A stretch of 64,000 nt of DNA from positions 4,782 to 68,781 of the forward strand of contig JAFCDU010000001.1 of NCBI GenBank assembly GCA_017609535.1, written 5' to 3'. Positions within the stretch are counted from its first letter, which is position 1; each line of letters begins with the position of its first letter. The notes beneath the pieces were generated by a model that saw only the letters and a program-made list of their open reading frames with translations, did no database searches and was not told the origin of the DNA. This DNA is from Candidatus Pacearchaeota archaeon (lineage in GTDB: Archaea; Nanobdellota; Nanobdellia; Pacearchaeales; GW2011-AR1). Below are positions 17,055 to 25,824 of this stretch, one piece after another. Made by a program: the position numbers and the translations under genes.

Positions 17055-17536
17055 TATCTCCTCTTTGCTCCACGTTTAGATACACCAACAGCGCCCTTTT
17101 TCTTGTTCTTCCTAAAATTGGATTTTGTTCTCTGCCCTCTTACTGGAAGCCCCGAAGCATGTCTAACCCCCCTGTAGCATTTTATTTTTTTCATTCTTTT
17201 AATGTCAAACTCTTTCTGCAAATCTAAATCACTCCCATGCAAATGCTTGTTCTCACCGCTGTCCAAATCTTTTCTTCTGTTAACTAAAAAATCAGGAACA
17301 TTTCCATTATTTATAAATTCCTCAATTTTTTTAATTTCATCATTGCTCAATTCCTCAATTTTTTTTCTTTTATCAATCCCAAGTTTTTTGCATACAGCAT
17401 TTGAAAAAGCCCAGGAAATCCCTTTAATCAAAGTCAGTCCAGAATAAACATCCTTATTTCCGCGAATATCTTTTGCAAGTATTCTAACTACCCTTACAGG
17501 CTCCTCTGCTTGTGATTTTTCAGTTTCTGCTATCAT
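17054..17536 (-). CDS. rps13: 30S ribosomal protein S13 (uS13)
   Basis: RILAKDIRGNKDVYSGLTLIKGI and a basic C-terminus. Confidence 0.9.
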   Translation of the reverse strand: MIAETEKSQAEEPVRVVRILAKDIRGNKDVYSGLTLIKGISWAFSNAVCKKLGIDKRKKIEELSNDEIKKIEEFINNGNVPDFLVNRRKDLDSGENKHLHGSDLDLQKEFDIKRMKKIKCYRGVRHASGLPVRGQRTKSNFRKNKKKGAVGVSKRGAKRR

Positions 17537-18075
17537 TTAATAAATAAATTATGTCTTTTAATTTCAGTAAGTTCTTCAAAGATTCTTTTTTCAATGGCTT
17601 TTCGAGGGTCTGGGATATTCGGAACCCTCTTTCTAATATCCTCAAAACTTTCAAAAGGTTTTTCCTCTCGTGCTTTGAGAATAGCGATTGTATGTTTTTT
17701 TCCAAATCCCGGCAATAACTCAAACTGATGAAGCCGAGTATTTATTGCCTGAGCTTTATTGAAAAACTCTACAAATTTCTGTTCTTGTTCATTTATAACT
17801 TTTTCTACAAACTCCTTAAGCTGGGCTTTCGCACTTTCAGTTAATTTCTCTCTCGGGAGTCTCCCTTTGATAAACAAGACCTTATCTCTCTTGCCGTCTC
17901 CAATATAAACTTCCTCCTTAACTTCAAACTTAACACCGCGTCTTGGAACTAAATGTAATAGAATAAAATTCTTTTTACCTATAGCTTGCACTACAGGAAC
18001 CATGTCTTTTTCCAAAGGATAACCATATGGTAGGTAATCTAACACAATTGCATATTCTTCTTTCTCCATTTTCAC
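17533..18075 (-). CDS. DUF655/COG1491-family predicted nucleic-acid-binding protein
   Basis: N-terminus EEYAIVLDYLPYGYP. Conserved neighbour of rps13 in archaea. Confidence 0.6.
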   Translation of the reverse strand: MKMEKEEYAIVLDYLPYGYPLEKDMVPVVQAIGKKNFILLHLVPRRGVKFEVKEEVYIGDGKRDKVLFIKGRLPREKLTESAKAQLKEFVEKVINEQEQKFVEFFNKAQAINTRLHQFELLPGFGKKHTIAILKAREEKPFESFEDIRKRVPNIPDPRKAIEKRIFEELTEIKRHNLFIK

Positions 18076-18374
18076 TAATATTTCTTAACAACCTCAAGGA
18101 TTTTATTAACCTCATCTTGATCAAATGAAACATCCGGCACAATCTTCGTCAAATCTGCAGCATCAGTTGGCTTAAAATCTACAATCTTTACAATACCTTC
18201 TTCTTTCAATTTTAGGATGTTTAAGCCAGCAAGTTCTTCTTTCATTTCTTTAGCCTTCTTAACATCGCCCTTTACAAACAATTTAATGAAATCCTTCATC
18301 TTTCTCTCTTTCTCAGTATCTCCAGCTAAATCTGCAACTTCTAATAATGTCAATGCGGTTTGATTTTTTATCAT
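18075..18374 (-). CDS. Putative RNA polymerase subunit F (Rpo4/RpoF)
   Basis: 99-aa acidic protein between L21e and DUF655, where rpoF conventionally sits. The sequence evidence itself is weak. Confidence 0.4.
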   Translation of the reverse strand: MIKNQTALTLLEVADLAGDTEKERKMKDFIKLFVKGDVKKAKEMKEELAGLNILKLKEEGIVKIVDFKPTDAADLTKIVPDVSFDQDEVNKILEVVKKY

Positions 18375-18619
18375 ATCTTATTTAAATGGATTGGATGAAT
18401 TATAAATGTTTTCATCTTTTTCCCATCTTTAATTTTGACTTCCTTGAATCTTCCTCTGCTCCCTATGATTACCCCTGTATGCCCAACCAACCGAAGCGGA
18501 AAATTTGATTTAACCGCGGGGTTTTTCACAATCGCAACTTTATCGCCATCTTTATATTTTCGAAAATACGAACTAAGTTTAATCTTTCCCCGCTCCCGAA
18601 TATTTCTTTTCTTACTCAT
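18371..18619 (-). CDS. rpl21e: 50S ribosomal protein L21e (eL21)
   Basis: 82 aa with the KDGDKVAIV...GHTGVI pattern typical of eL21. Confidence 0.75.
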   Translation of the reverse strand: MSKKRNIRERGKIKLSSYFRKYKDGDKVAIVKNPAVKSNFPLRLVGHTGVIIGSRGRFKEVKIKDGKKMKTFIIHPIHLNKI

Positions 18620-18926
18620 TTTTGAATTTATTTTCTGTTTCTTTAATTATTTTTTGCATTACTTCATTAATTAGGATAAATGGATTAAAACCCTCTGCAG
18701 ATGCTTCTGCCCGCCCCCCGTCAAAAACAGCCAATCCATTAATTTCATATCTCTCTGTCTTGTTTTCTTTATTTTTTTTCATTGTCAAAAGAATTTCCTG
18801 ATATTCAGCAAAATGCCTCATTTTTTCAGCATATTTTCCAACCATTTTCTTAATAACAATTTTTTCAGCATTATCAATATCAAATCCGCTCAGTACAATA
18901 TTTCCGCCAAGCTTTTCACGAGCCAT
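18612..18926 (-). CDS. Hypothetical protein
   Basis: 104-aa ORF with no confident domain assignment. Confidence 0.35.
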   Translation of the reverse strand: MAREKLGGNIVLSGFDIDNAEKIVIKKMVGKYAEKMRHFAEYQEILLTMKKNKENKTERYEINGLAVFDGGRAEASAEGFNPFILINEVMQKIIKETENKFKNE

Positions 18927-18960
18927 AAAAATTTAAGTTGAAATTCATTTAAAAACATAT

Positions 18961-19290
18961 CTAATCAAGAAAATTATCAATTGGGGGCAGTTGTTCTACA
19001 AAAGTTTCATTAAAAGAATTATCAAATTTTTCAATCTTTGAAAACTCTTCTATTTGATTTTCTTCAATGCTAATCCCTCTTTTCTCAACTTCCTCCCCAA
19101 CCCTCCCCAATTCCATATTTCCTTTTTTCTTCTCTCTTTCCATCCCGGAAATAATTGCCTGAGACATCTTCGGCCCCCAAACCTTATACATGCATATTTG
19201 ACAAATATCCACAACAGAATTTTCTTCCAACTCAATATTGCAATAAATGCATCTTTTTATCATTTTCACCTCTTTTCTGCTAAAATGCAA
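18961..19290 (-). CDS. Zinc-ribbon protein (hypothetical)
   Basis: CIYCN...CQIC pair. A start at the internal MIKRC is likely. Confidence 0.4.
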   Translation of the reverse strand: MHFSRKEVKMIKRCIYCNIELEENSVVDICQICMYKVWGPKMSQAIISGMEREKKKGNMELGRVGEEVEKRGISIEENQIEEFSKIEKFDNSFNETFVEQLPPIDNFLD

Positions 19291-19333
19291 AACATTTCTT
19301 TTGTTATATTAAAAGCTTTATAAATTTTATGGA

Positions 19334-20545
19334 CTACTCATATCTCAAAGCATCAACAGGTCTCATATTTGCCGCCTGCATTGCAGGCAAAATTCCAGAT
19401 AAACTCCCAACTATAAATGAAAAAGCCAATGCACCAAATATAATCACAGGGCTTAAACTTGCCTGCAAAAGCTTAGTTCCCAAAGCCATTTCAGCCCCAA
19501 CCTCCACACCCTTTGCCAGCCCGATTCCAATCCCAACCCCAATCAAGCCCCCAACCAATCCCAATAAACCCGATTCAACTAAAAACAACAAAAGTATCTG
19601 AGAATTTCTCGCACCAATTGCCTTCATTGTTCCAATCTCCTTTGTCCTTTCTAAAACAGAAGTATACATCGTATTCATAATTCCGATTCCGCCGACAATA
19701 AGGGAGATGCTCGCAATTCCAATAAGAACTGTTTGCACAATTGAAAAAATATTCTTAAAACTATCTAAAAGCTGTTCAGAAGTTTGAATACTAAAAGTTT
19801 CTTCACCTTCTCTTTCCCCCCGACTCTGCCTCAATTTTCTTTTGATTGTCTCTGCAACATCTTCTGGGTCAAAGCCGTCTGCAACTTTCACGATAATGGA
19901 GCTCTCCTCATCTGGGATATTCAGCAACTCTCTCATAACTTCTTTTCTCATTAAAACAGCATTATCATCATAAGGATTCCCAATCTTTTCCAAAATTCCA
20001 ACAACCTTAAATTCCCGCCCTTCAAACTCAACCTTATTCTTCAATCTAACACCTTTATCAAATAAATCATCATAAAGCTTATAGCCGACAATAACCTTTG
20101 ATTCCTCGCCTTGTTTTACAATTCTTCCATCTAATAGTCTCTTTTCCAAACTTTCAGTTCCAAATGCCTCAACATAATTATCATCAAACCCAATAATATA
20201 ACCAATCTGCGTCTCATCTCTGAATGTAATTGGAGCTGTCTTCATAAGAAAGCCTGCCACAATTTTTACTCCCCGAACCTGCTCAATAACCTTGACATCT
20301 TTTTCAGTTAAAATTAAATCAGGATTTGTAACACTGCCTGGAACTGCAAATGTTTTTGACCCAATAGAGATAGTATTCCCCCCCAAATCCTCAAATTGTT
20401 TCTCAATATAATCCTGCATCCCTTGTCCTAATGAGATTAATGCAACAACCGCCGCAACCCCGATAAAAATCCCAAGCATAGTCAGCCAAGCCCTCAACTT
20501 TCTTCTCCGAAGATTATTCAATGAAAGACGCAAGAAATCCAGCAT
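19334..20545 (-). CDS. ABC transporter permease, FtsX/MacB-like with large extracytoplasmic domain
   Basis: 403 aa. N-terminal TM, large loop, then three C-terminal TM helices. Sits in a cluster with the ATPase gene. Confidence 0.8.
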   Translation of the reverse strand: MLDFLRLSLNNLRRRKLRAWLTMLGIFIGVAAVVALISLGQGMQDYIEKQFEDLGGNTISIGSKTFAVPGSVTNPDLILTEKDVKVIEQVRGVKIVAGFLMKTAPITFRDETQIGYIIGFDDNYVEAFGTESLEKRLLDGRIVKQGEESKVIVGYKLYDDLFDKGVRLKNKVEFEGREFKVVGILEKIGNPYDDNAVLMRKEVMRELLNIPDEESSIIVKVADGFDPEDVAETIKRKLRQSRGEREGEETFSIQTSEQLLDSFKNIFSIVQTVLIGIASISLIVGGIGIMNTMYTSVLERTKEIGTMKAIGARNSQILLLFLVESGLLGLVGGLIGVGIGIGLAKGVEVGAEMALGTKLLQASLSPVIIFGALAFSFIVGSLSGILPAMQAANMRPVDALRYE

Positions 20546-20546
20546 C

Positions 20547-21377
20547 CTACCTCCTATTTCGTCTTTTCTTAATTTTCCTGTAAATATACCACATAATCAC
20601 CAAGATGATAACAGCCCCAACATAAATTAATGTATTATCCCTTGGAATTAATCCAAGATTCTCAGCTTCTTCAATAGAATAAACCCTTAACTGCAAAACC
20701 TTGGATTCACTATAAACTTTATTTGTTGCATCTCTATAAGTCAAGGTAACAGGAATTGTCAATGCCCCGGGGTTCTTTGTAAAAATTTCAAATTTAGCAG
20801 AATCAAAATCATCGCTGTCTAAGTCGCCGATATAAACCTCCTCTTCAGACAAAATATCAAACCCCGCCCCAGAGATTTTAATCTCCAAAAACTTTGCTCT
20901 TGCAAGCCCCTTATTTGTAATTTCAATATCAACCTCATTTTTCTTCCCTGCAATTAATAAACTGTCACTGCCCAAAACAAATTCTGGCTGTGCATTCACA
21001 ACAACAGAAATTGTAAAATCCTTTGTCTTTCCTTCTCCATCTAATTCATAATCAACATGAACAGGAATTTTATAAGTCCCTGCCTCTGCACTCCCATCTG
21101 CAATCAAATCAAATTTAAAATTTTCAGAATCACCATCTCTAATTTTTTCTTCATAATCCTCAGAACTTGTTGTCGGAGCAAAGGGCAATTCTGCCAAATT
21201 TAAAGTAACGACAACATTTTCCGCATCAACATCAAAGTTGTTCTTAATTTCAATGTTAATATTAAATTCAGAACCAGGCACAACTTCTTCCGGACTAACA
21301 CAAACATCATTAACATTCAAACCACTAACTAATGAAATCAAAACAATTCCCAATATCAAACTAAACATCTTTTTCAT
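20547..21377 (-). CDS. Secreted, C-terminally anchored beta-rich protein associated with the ABC exporter
   Basis: Signal peptide [20 protein letters not shown]-terminal TM plus KIKKRRNRR. Confidence 0.5.
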   Translation of the reverse strand: MKKMFSLILGIVLISLVSGLNVNDVCVSPEEVVPGSEFNINIEIKNNFDVDAENVVVTLNLAELPFAPTTSSEDYEEKIRDGDSENFKFDLIADGSAEAGTYKIPVHVDYELDGEGKTKDFTISVVVNAQPEFVLGSDSLLIAGKKNEVDIEITNKGLARAKFLEIKISGAGFDILSEEEVYIGDLDSDDFDSAKFEIFTKNPGALTIPVTLTYRDATNKVYSESKVLQLRVYSIEEAENLGLIPRDNTLIYVGAVIILVIMWYIYRKIKKRRNRR

Positions 21378-22039
21378 ACAATCCTCCCGTCTTTTAATCT
21401 TATAATCTTCTTTGCTTTCTTCGCCAATTCCATATCATGAGTAACCATAATAATTGTCTTCCCTTCTTTATTTAATCTTACAAACATATCCAAAACTTCC
21501 TTCCCTGTCTTGCTGTCCAAATTCCCTGTTGGTTCATCAGCCAAAATAATGTCAGGGTCATTTGCCAAAGCCCGCGCAATCGCAACTCTCTGCCTCTGCC
21601 CTCCAGACAGCTCATTAGGTAAATGATTTGCTCTGTCTCCAAGCCCAACTTTTTCTAATAATTCCAAGGCTCTCTCCTCTCTTTCTGTTTTCCCAATTTC
21701 TTGAAACATCATAGGCAATGCAACATTCTCTAATGCAGTCAAGGTGGGAACTAAATTAAAAGTTTGAAAAACAAAACCAATCCTCCTCCCGCGAATCTGT
21801 GCAAGCTCTGATTCTTCCAAGTGTTCAATATCAACCTCCCCAAGATAGATATTCCCTTCACTAGCAATATCCAAAGCCCCAACCATATTCATCATAGTGC
21901 TTTTTCCAGAACCGCTCGGCCCAACAATAGCAATAAAATCACCTTTCTTAATCTCCAAGTCAATGCCATCTAAAGCCTTGACTAAGGAATCGCCCATCTT
22001 ATACTCCTTATGCACATTCTTAAGCTTAAGTTGTGTTGT
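21374..22039 (-). CDS. ABC transporter ATP-binding protein (MacB/LolD-like)
   Basis: Walker [18 protein letters not shown], Walker [12 protein letters not shown]. Start taken at the internal ATG (MTTQLKL) rather than the ORF-track start 22078. Confidence 0.85.
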   Translation of the reverse strand, partial: TTQLKLKNVHKEYKMGDSLVKALDGIDLEIKKGDFIAIVGPSGSGKSTMMNMVGALDIASEGNIYLGEVDIEHLEESELAQIRGRRIGFVFQTFNLVPTLTALENVALPMMFQEIGKTEREERALELLEKVGLGDRANHLPNELSGGQRQRVAIARALANDPDIILADEPTGNLDSKTGKEVLDMFVRLNKEGKTIIMVTHDMELAKKAKKIIRLKDGRIV

Positions 22040-22131
22040 CATTCTTGGTACTAGAATAAGGCCTCCAGTTGCCACCACCTCAAAATTCCCCTGTTAATAA
22101 ACTTTATAAACCTTTCTCGAATCAAATTAAT

Positions 22132-22329
22132 ATGATAATCCCAATAAGATGTTTTTCATGCGGAAAACCCATCGCTCATTTATGGAAAACATACAAAGAA
22201 AAAATCCAGCAGGGGAAAGAACCAGGACAAGTTTTGGATGAGCTTGGATTAGAAAAAGCATGCTGTAGAGCAATGTTCCTCGGACAAGTAGACCTTCTTA
22301 ATTTAGTTAATAAATTTAAAAAATTCTAA
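22132..22329 (+). CDS. rpoN: DNA-directed RNA polymerase subunit N (Rpo10/RpoN)
   Basis: MIIPIRCFSCGKPIAHLW...CCRAM zinc-binding motif. Start at the internal Met of ORF 22069-22329. Confidence 0.85.
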   Translation: MIIPIRCFSCGKPIAHLWKTYKEKIQQGKEPGQVLDELGLEKACCRAMFLGQVDLLNLVNKFKKF

Positions 22330-22338
22330 TTTTCTTTA

Positions 22339-22479
22339 TGAGGGGAGAAGGATTCGAACCCTCGTAGGCACTAAGCCAACAGCTTTCTCGCGATTCACTC
22401 TTCAAATATTATTTCTCAATTGTAAGAGCAAATACGCTCGTCTTGAGGCTGTCCCGTTTGACCGCTCCGGCATCCCCTC
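22339..22479 (-). tRNA. tRNA-Leu (anticodon CAA) with an about 57-nt intron in the anticodon loop
   Basis: The exons match tRNA-Leu at 15305-15388 (acceptor GAGGGGA/TCCCCTC, same D, variable and T arms). Anticodon stem ACAGC...GCTGT with loop CTCAAG[intron]A. Confidence 0.75.
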
Positions 22480-22591
22480 ACTAAAAATTAAAGCAAGTTT
22501 TAATTTTTAAGGTTTTCCAGAGAAACCTCTTTTGTTATAATTTTTAAGTGTAAAACAACATTTAAATACCCTAATATCATCACTAAATTAA

Positions 22592-22648
22592 GGTCGGCAG
22601 AACAATTTAAGACGAGCTTCGGTTTGTCTTAAGCTTCGGATGCCGGTT
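22592..22648 (+). ncRNA. Structured RNA element, unit 1 (8-bp closing stem plus UUCG-capped hairpin)
   Basis: GGTCGGCA...TGCCGGTT closing stem. Internal hairpin GACGAGC-TTCG-GTTTGTC. Covariation with unit 2. A TATA-like TTTAAATA lies about 30 nt upstream. Confidence 0.45.
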
Positions 22649-22650
22649 TA

Positions 22651-22707
22651 GGCCAGCAGAACAATTTAATAAAATCTTCGGATTTTATTAAGCTTCGGAT
22701 GTTGGCC
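22651..22707 (+). ncRNA. Structured RNA element, unit 2
   Basis: GGCCAGCA...TGTTGGCC closing stem. Hairpin TAAAATC-TTCG-GATTTTA. Conserved CAGAACAATTTAA and TTAAGCTTCGGATG single-stranded blocks. Confidence 0.45.
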
Positions 22708-22755
22708 TTCCTTTTAATCATTAATTTTATAAAGTTAAATTTTCTCTAATTATTA

Positions 22756-22864
22756 AGACAGCCATAATCGGTTGGTAACACCTGTTCCCTTTCCGAACAC
22801 AGAAGTTAAGCTTCCGATGTTTATGCCGGTACTGTTGAAAAATGGGAAAGCATAAAGCTGTCTT
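22756..22864 (+). rRNA. 5S rRNA (divergent, about 109 nt)
   Basis: TAACACCTGTTCCCTTTCCGAACACAGAAGTTAAGC matches the 5S consensus (...CCGAAC.C.GAAGTTAAGC). Terminal helix AGACAGCC/GGCTGTCT. Confidence 0.7.
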
Positions 22865-22908
22865 TCTTTTTAGATACCTTTTTAATTCTAAGTTATTTGC
22901 TAATTTTA

Positions 22909-22982
22909 GCCCTTGTAGCTCAGCTGGATAGAGTGCGTCCCTCCTAAGGACGAAGTCGAAGGTTCAAATCCTTCCAAGGGCG
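22909..22982 (+). tRNA. tRNA-Arg (anticodon CCT)
   Basis: GCCCTTG acceptor. D arm GCTC-AGCTGGATA-GAGT. Anticodon loop CTCCTAA. T arm AAGGTTCAAATCCTT. Discriminator G. Confidence 0.85.
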
Positions 22983-23022
22983 TATAAAAATTTTAAAAAC
23001 CCAGAAATACTCACAATAATAA

Positions 23023-23128
23023 GCGTGGGTAGTTCAGTGGCAGAATCTCTGCCTTCCATGTTGAAAATTCCACAAGAATTTTCTTGCGGAGTTAGCAGAT
23101 GACCCGGGTTCAAATCCCGGCCCGCGCA
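23023..23128 (+). tRNA. tRNA-Gly (anticodon TCC) with an about 35-nt intron after position 37
   Basis: Acceptor GCGTGGG/CCCGCGC. Anticodon stem TCTGC/GCAGA with loop CTTCCAT[intron]. T arm CCGGG-TTCAAAT-CCCGG. Discriminator A. Confidence 0.7.
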
Positions 23129-23150
23129 TCGCGCACAAACATAAACAAAA

Positions 23151-24188
23151 ATGGAAGAAATACAAGAACAAAAAAAATTCATAAATTGGCATAATAAAAA
23201 CTATAAAAAACTTTTATTAGTTCCAGGGATAATCCTTCTCCTGTCATTAATATACATTTTAGTTTTTTATTTTCAAACTGGAGATTTGATTCATAAAGAT
23301 GTTTCATTAACAGGAGGAACAACAATCACCATCTTTACAGATGTTCCAGAAGCAAAATTAGAATCCGCCCTCTCAGAAAACTTCCCAGATTTATTAATCC
23401 GAACAATCTTAGATAACACAGGAAAACAAACGCAATTAATCGTAATTGTTCCAAACCCCCCGGAAGAAATCCGCCCCGCAATAGAGAAAATTCTCAACTT
23501 CAAATTGACAGAAGACAATTCCACTATTGAATTTACAGGTTCAACTTTATCAGAAAATTTTTATAAACAATTAATTGTTGCAGTCCTTCTGGCGTTCTTC
23601 TGGATGGCTGCAGTAGTTTTCATAATTTTCTCAAAAGGAGCCAAATTAAAATTCTGGACAATAATATTAAACATAATCTTCGGAATCCTTATTGGAAGTT
23701 TATTTTTTAAATATGGGATAATTTCATTTATTCTTATTATACCATTAATGGCATTATTAATTTACATCTATATAAAAAATTCAGTTCCAGCATTCGCAGT
23801 TATGCTTTCAGCATTCGCTGATATTGTGATGACTCTTGCAGTAGTTGACCTTATTGGCATGAAGTTATCAACTGCTGGAATAGTCGCCTTCCTTATGCTT
23901 ATTGGTTATTCAGTAGATACAGACATTTTATTAACAACCCGTGTTTTAAAAAGAAAACACAATGTAAATGAAGCCCTTTTCTCAGCCTTTAAAACAGGAA
24001 CATTAATGACTCTTACTTCAATTATCGCAATTACAACCGCCCTAATAATCGTTTTCTCATTTTCAACAGTACTTAATCAAATATTCATAATTCTTCTTAT
24101 TGGTCTTGGCTTTGACCTAATTAACACTTGGCTTACAAATGCCTCAATAATTAAATGGTATGCGAGCAATTCGCTCCATACAAATTAA
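23151..24188 (+). CDS. secF: Protein-export membrane protein SecF
   Basis: 345 aa. N-terminal TM, periplasmic domain with LTGGTTITI, then six C-terminal TM helices. Adjacent to SecD. Confidence 0.7.
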   Translation: MEEIQEQKKFINWHNKNYKKLLLVPGIILLLSLIYILVFYFQTGDLIHKDVSLTGGTTITIFTDVPEAKLESALSENFPDLLIRTILDNTGKQTQLIVIVPNPPEEIRPAIEKILNFKLTEDNSTIEFTGSTLSENFYKQLIVAVLLAFFWMAAVVFIIFSKGAKLKFWTIILNIIFGILIGSLFFKYGIISFILIIPLMALLIYIYIKNSVPAFAVMLSAFADIVMTLAVVDLIGMKLSTAGIVAFLMLIGYSVDTDILLTTRVLKRKHNVNEALFSAFKTGTLMTLTSIIAITTALIIVFSFSTVLNQIFIILLIGLGFDLINTWLTNASIIKWYASNSLHTN

Positions 24189-24277
24189 AACGCAAAATGA
24201 ATGGAGCAAATTGTGAGTTAGAGCAATTCGCTCCATACAAATTAAAACGCAAAATGAATGGAGTAAATTGCGAGTTA
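24164..24277. repeat. Tandem duplication of a 57-bp hairpin-forming unit (two copies, 2 mismatches)
   Basis: The unit is GAGCAATTCGCTCCATACAAATTAAAACGCAAAATGAATGGAGCAAATTGTGAGTTA. Each copy contains a 13-bp inverted repeat CAATTCGCTCCAT / ATGGAGCAAATTG around a 21-nt loop. Copy 1 overlaps the last 8 codons of secF. Confidence 0.85.
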
Positions 24278-24285
24278 GAAAGAAC

Positions 24286-25824
24286 ATGAAAATTACATTA
24301 AGAATCTGGATTTTGATTGCATTCATTTTATTTGCATTAATCTCAATTTTCTCGATTCCCCCAAAATTTCTTCAATCAGGTGTAGTTGTAAAATCTGTAG
24401 AACAAAATTCAACAATCTTTAATGATGGATTAAGAAGAGGGATGATAATAACTGCAATAAATAATCAGCAGATAAAAACTATAGAAGATTATGCAGATGC
24501 AATGTCAATTTTTGATGATTTGCAGGCACACAAATTATCAATACAAACATCTTCAGAAGAATTTTTCAACATCTATGGCCCAGAAATAAAAGACCAGATT
24601 ATAGTTGATAAAATTTCAAAAACAAGGATAAAAACTGGATTAGATATCAGTGGAGGAGCGAGAGCTCTGATTACTGGTTTAGACCATGACTTAACATCCT
24701 CTGAAGTAGACGACCTTGTTGCAATCTCACAACAAAGATTTAATGTCTATGGATTAACTGATGTAAGGCTAAGTAAGGTATCCGATTTATCAGGAAATAA
24801 TTTTATGTTAATTGAGATAGCCGGCTCATCTCCGCAGGATTTGGAAGAATTAATTACACAACAAGGGGTATTCGAAGCGAAAATTGGAAATGAAACAGTT
24901 TTTACTGGAGGAAAAAAAGATATAACTTATGTCGGTCGGTCAGGTCCTAATGCCGGAATTTACGAATGTCTTGAAGTTCAAGGTGGTGAAGTCTGCAATT
25001 TCAGATTTGTAATCCACTTAACAGAACAGGCGGCAAGAAGGCATGCTGATATAACATCCAAATTAGAAACAAACGGCTCACATCTATCAAAACCTCTTGA
25101 CCTGTATCTTGATGGAGTTTTAACAAGCTCTCTTCAAATCTCTTCCAACCTGAAAGGGCAGATTGCAACTAAAATCGAAATTTCTGGACCTGGCTATGGT
25201 CAAGACAGAAAAGAAGCATACGACAATGCAAAAGCAGAGATGAAAAAACTTCAAACAATCCTCATTACTGGCTCACTCCCCTTTAAATTAAAAATAGAAA
25301 AAATTGATATTGTTTCACCAAAACTAGGAGACCAATTTACACAAAATCTTCTTATTGCAGGGTTATTTGCAGTTATCGCAGTATCGCTTCTAATTTTTGT
25401 AAGATATAAAAAATTCAAAATTTCAATAGCTATTTTAGCAGTTTCCTTCTCTGAAGTATTAATTATCTTGGGATTAGCGTCCTTCATACATTGGAATCTT
25501 GACCTTCCTTCAATTGCAGGTATAATTGCAGCAATAGGAACAGGAATAGACAGCCAGATTATTATATTAGATGAATCAAGAGTAAGAGATGAATCAATAA
25601 AACAAAGAGTAAAAAAAGCTCTTTTCATTATTATGACAGCATTTGCAACAACTTTTGTAGCATTAATCCCATTGACAGGAACCCTTTCATTCATGGGAAT
25701 TGGAGCAGCCTCCGCTGGATTGTTAAAAGGTTTCGCAATTACCACTCTAATCGGAATTTCAGCAGGAGTTTTCATAACTCGTCCTGCTTTCGCAGACATT
25801 ACAAGACAACTGGAGGGAGAATAA
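24286..25824 (+). CDS. secD: Protein-export membrane protein SecD
   Basis: GLDISGGARALI motif. Large periplasmic domain plus six C-terminal TM helices. The ORF track starts at TTG 24268. The ATG at 24286 (MKITLRIWILIAF) is preferred. Confidence 0.75.
   Translation: MKITLRIWILIAFILFALISIFSIPPKFLQSGVVVKSVEQNSTIFNDGLRRGMIITAINNQQIKTIEDYADAMSIFDDLQAHKLSIQTSSEEFFNIYGPEIKDQIIVDKISKTRIKTGLDISGGARALITGLDHDLTSSEVDDLVAISQQRFNVYGLTDVRLSKVSDLSGNNFMLIEIAGSSPQDLEELITQQGVFEAKIGNETVFTGGKKDITYVGRSGPNAGIYECLEVQGGEVCNFRFVIHLTEQAARRHADITSKLETNGSHLSKPLDLYLDGVLTSSLQISSNLKGQIATKIEISGPGYGQDRKEAYDNAKAEMKKLQTILITGSLPFKLKIEKIDIVSPKLGDQFTQNLLIAGLFAVIAVSLLIFVRYKKFKISIAILAVSFSEVLIILGLASFIHWNLDLPSIAGIIAAIGTGIDSQIIILDESRVRDESIKQRVKKALFIIMTAFATTFVALIPLTGTLSFMGIGAASAGLLKGFAITTLIGISAGVFITRPAFADITRQLEGE

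Noticed and set aside
19329-19601. 90-aa plus-strand ORF (also 19050-19235 and 19054-19323)
   Set aside because: It is antisense to or overlapping the ABC permease and the zinc-ribbon gene, with no independent support.
21897-22097. 66-aa plus-strand ORF
   Set aside because: It is antisense within the ABC ATPase gene.
22964-23182. 72-aa minus-strand ORF
   Set aside because: It overlaps tRNA-Arg and tRNA-Gly on the opposite strand. It is an artefact of structured RNA sequence.
24144-24326. 60-aa minus-strand ORF with an internally repeated peptide
   Set aside because: It is generated entirely by the tandem 57-bp repeat at the secF-secD junction (a repeated NLLHSFCVLICMERIA translation). It is not a plausible gene.
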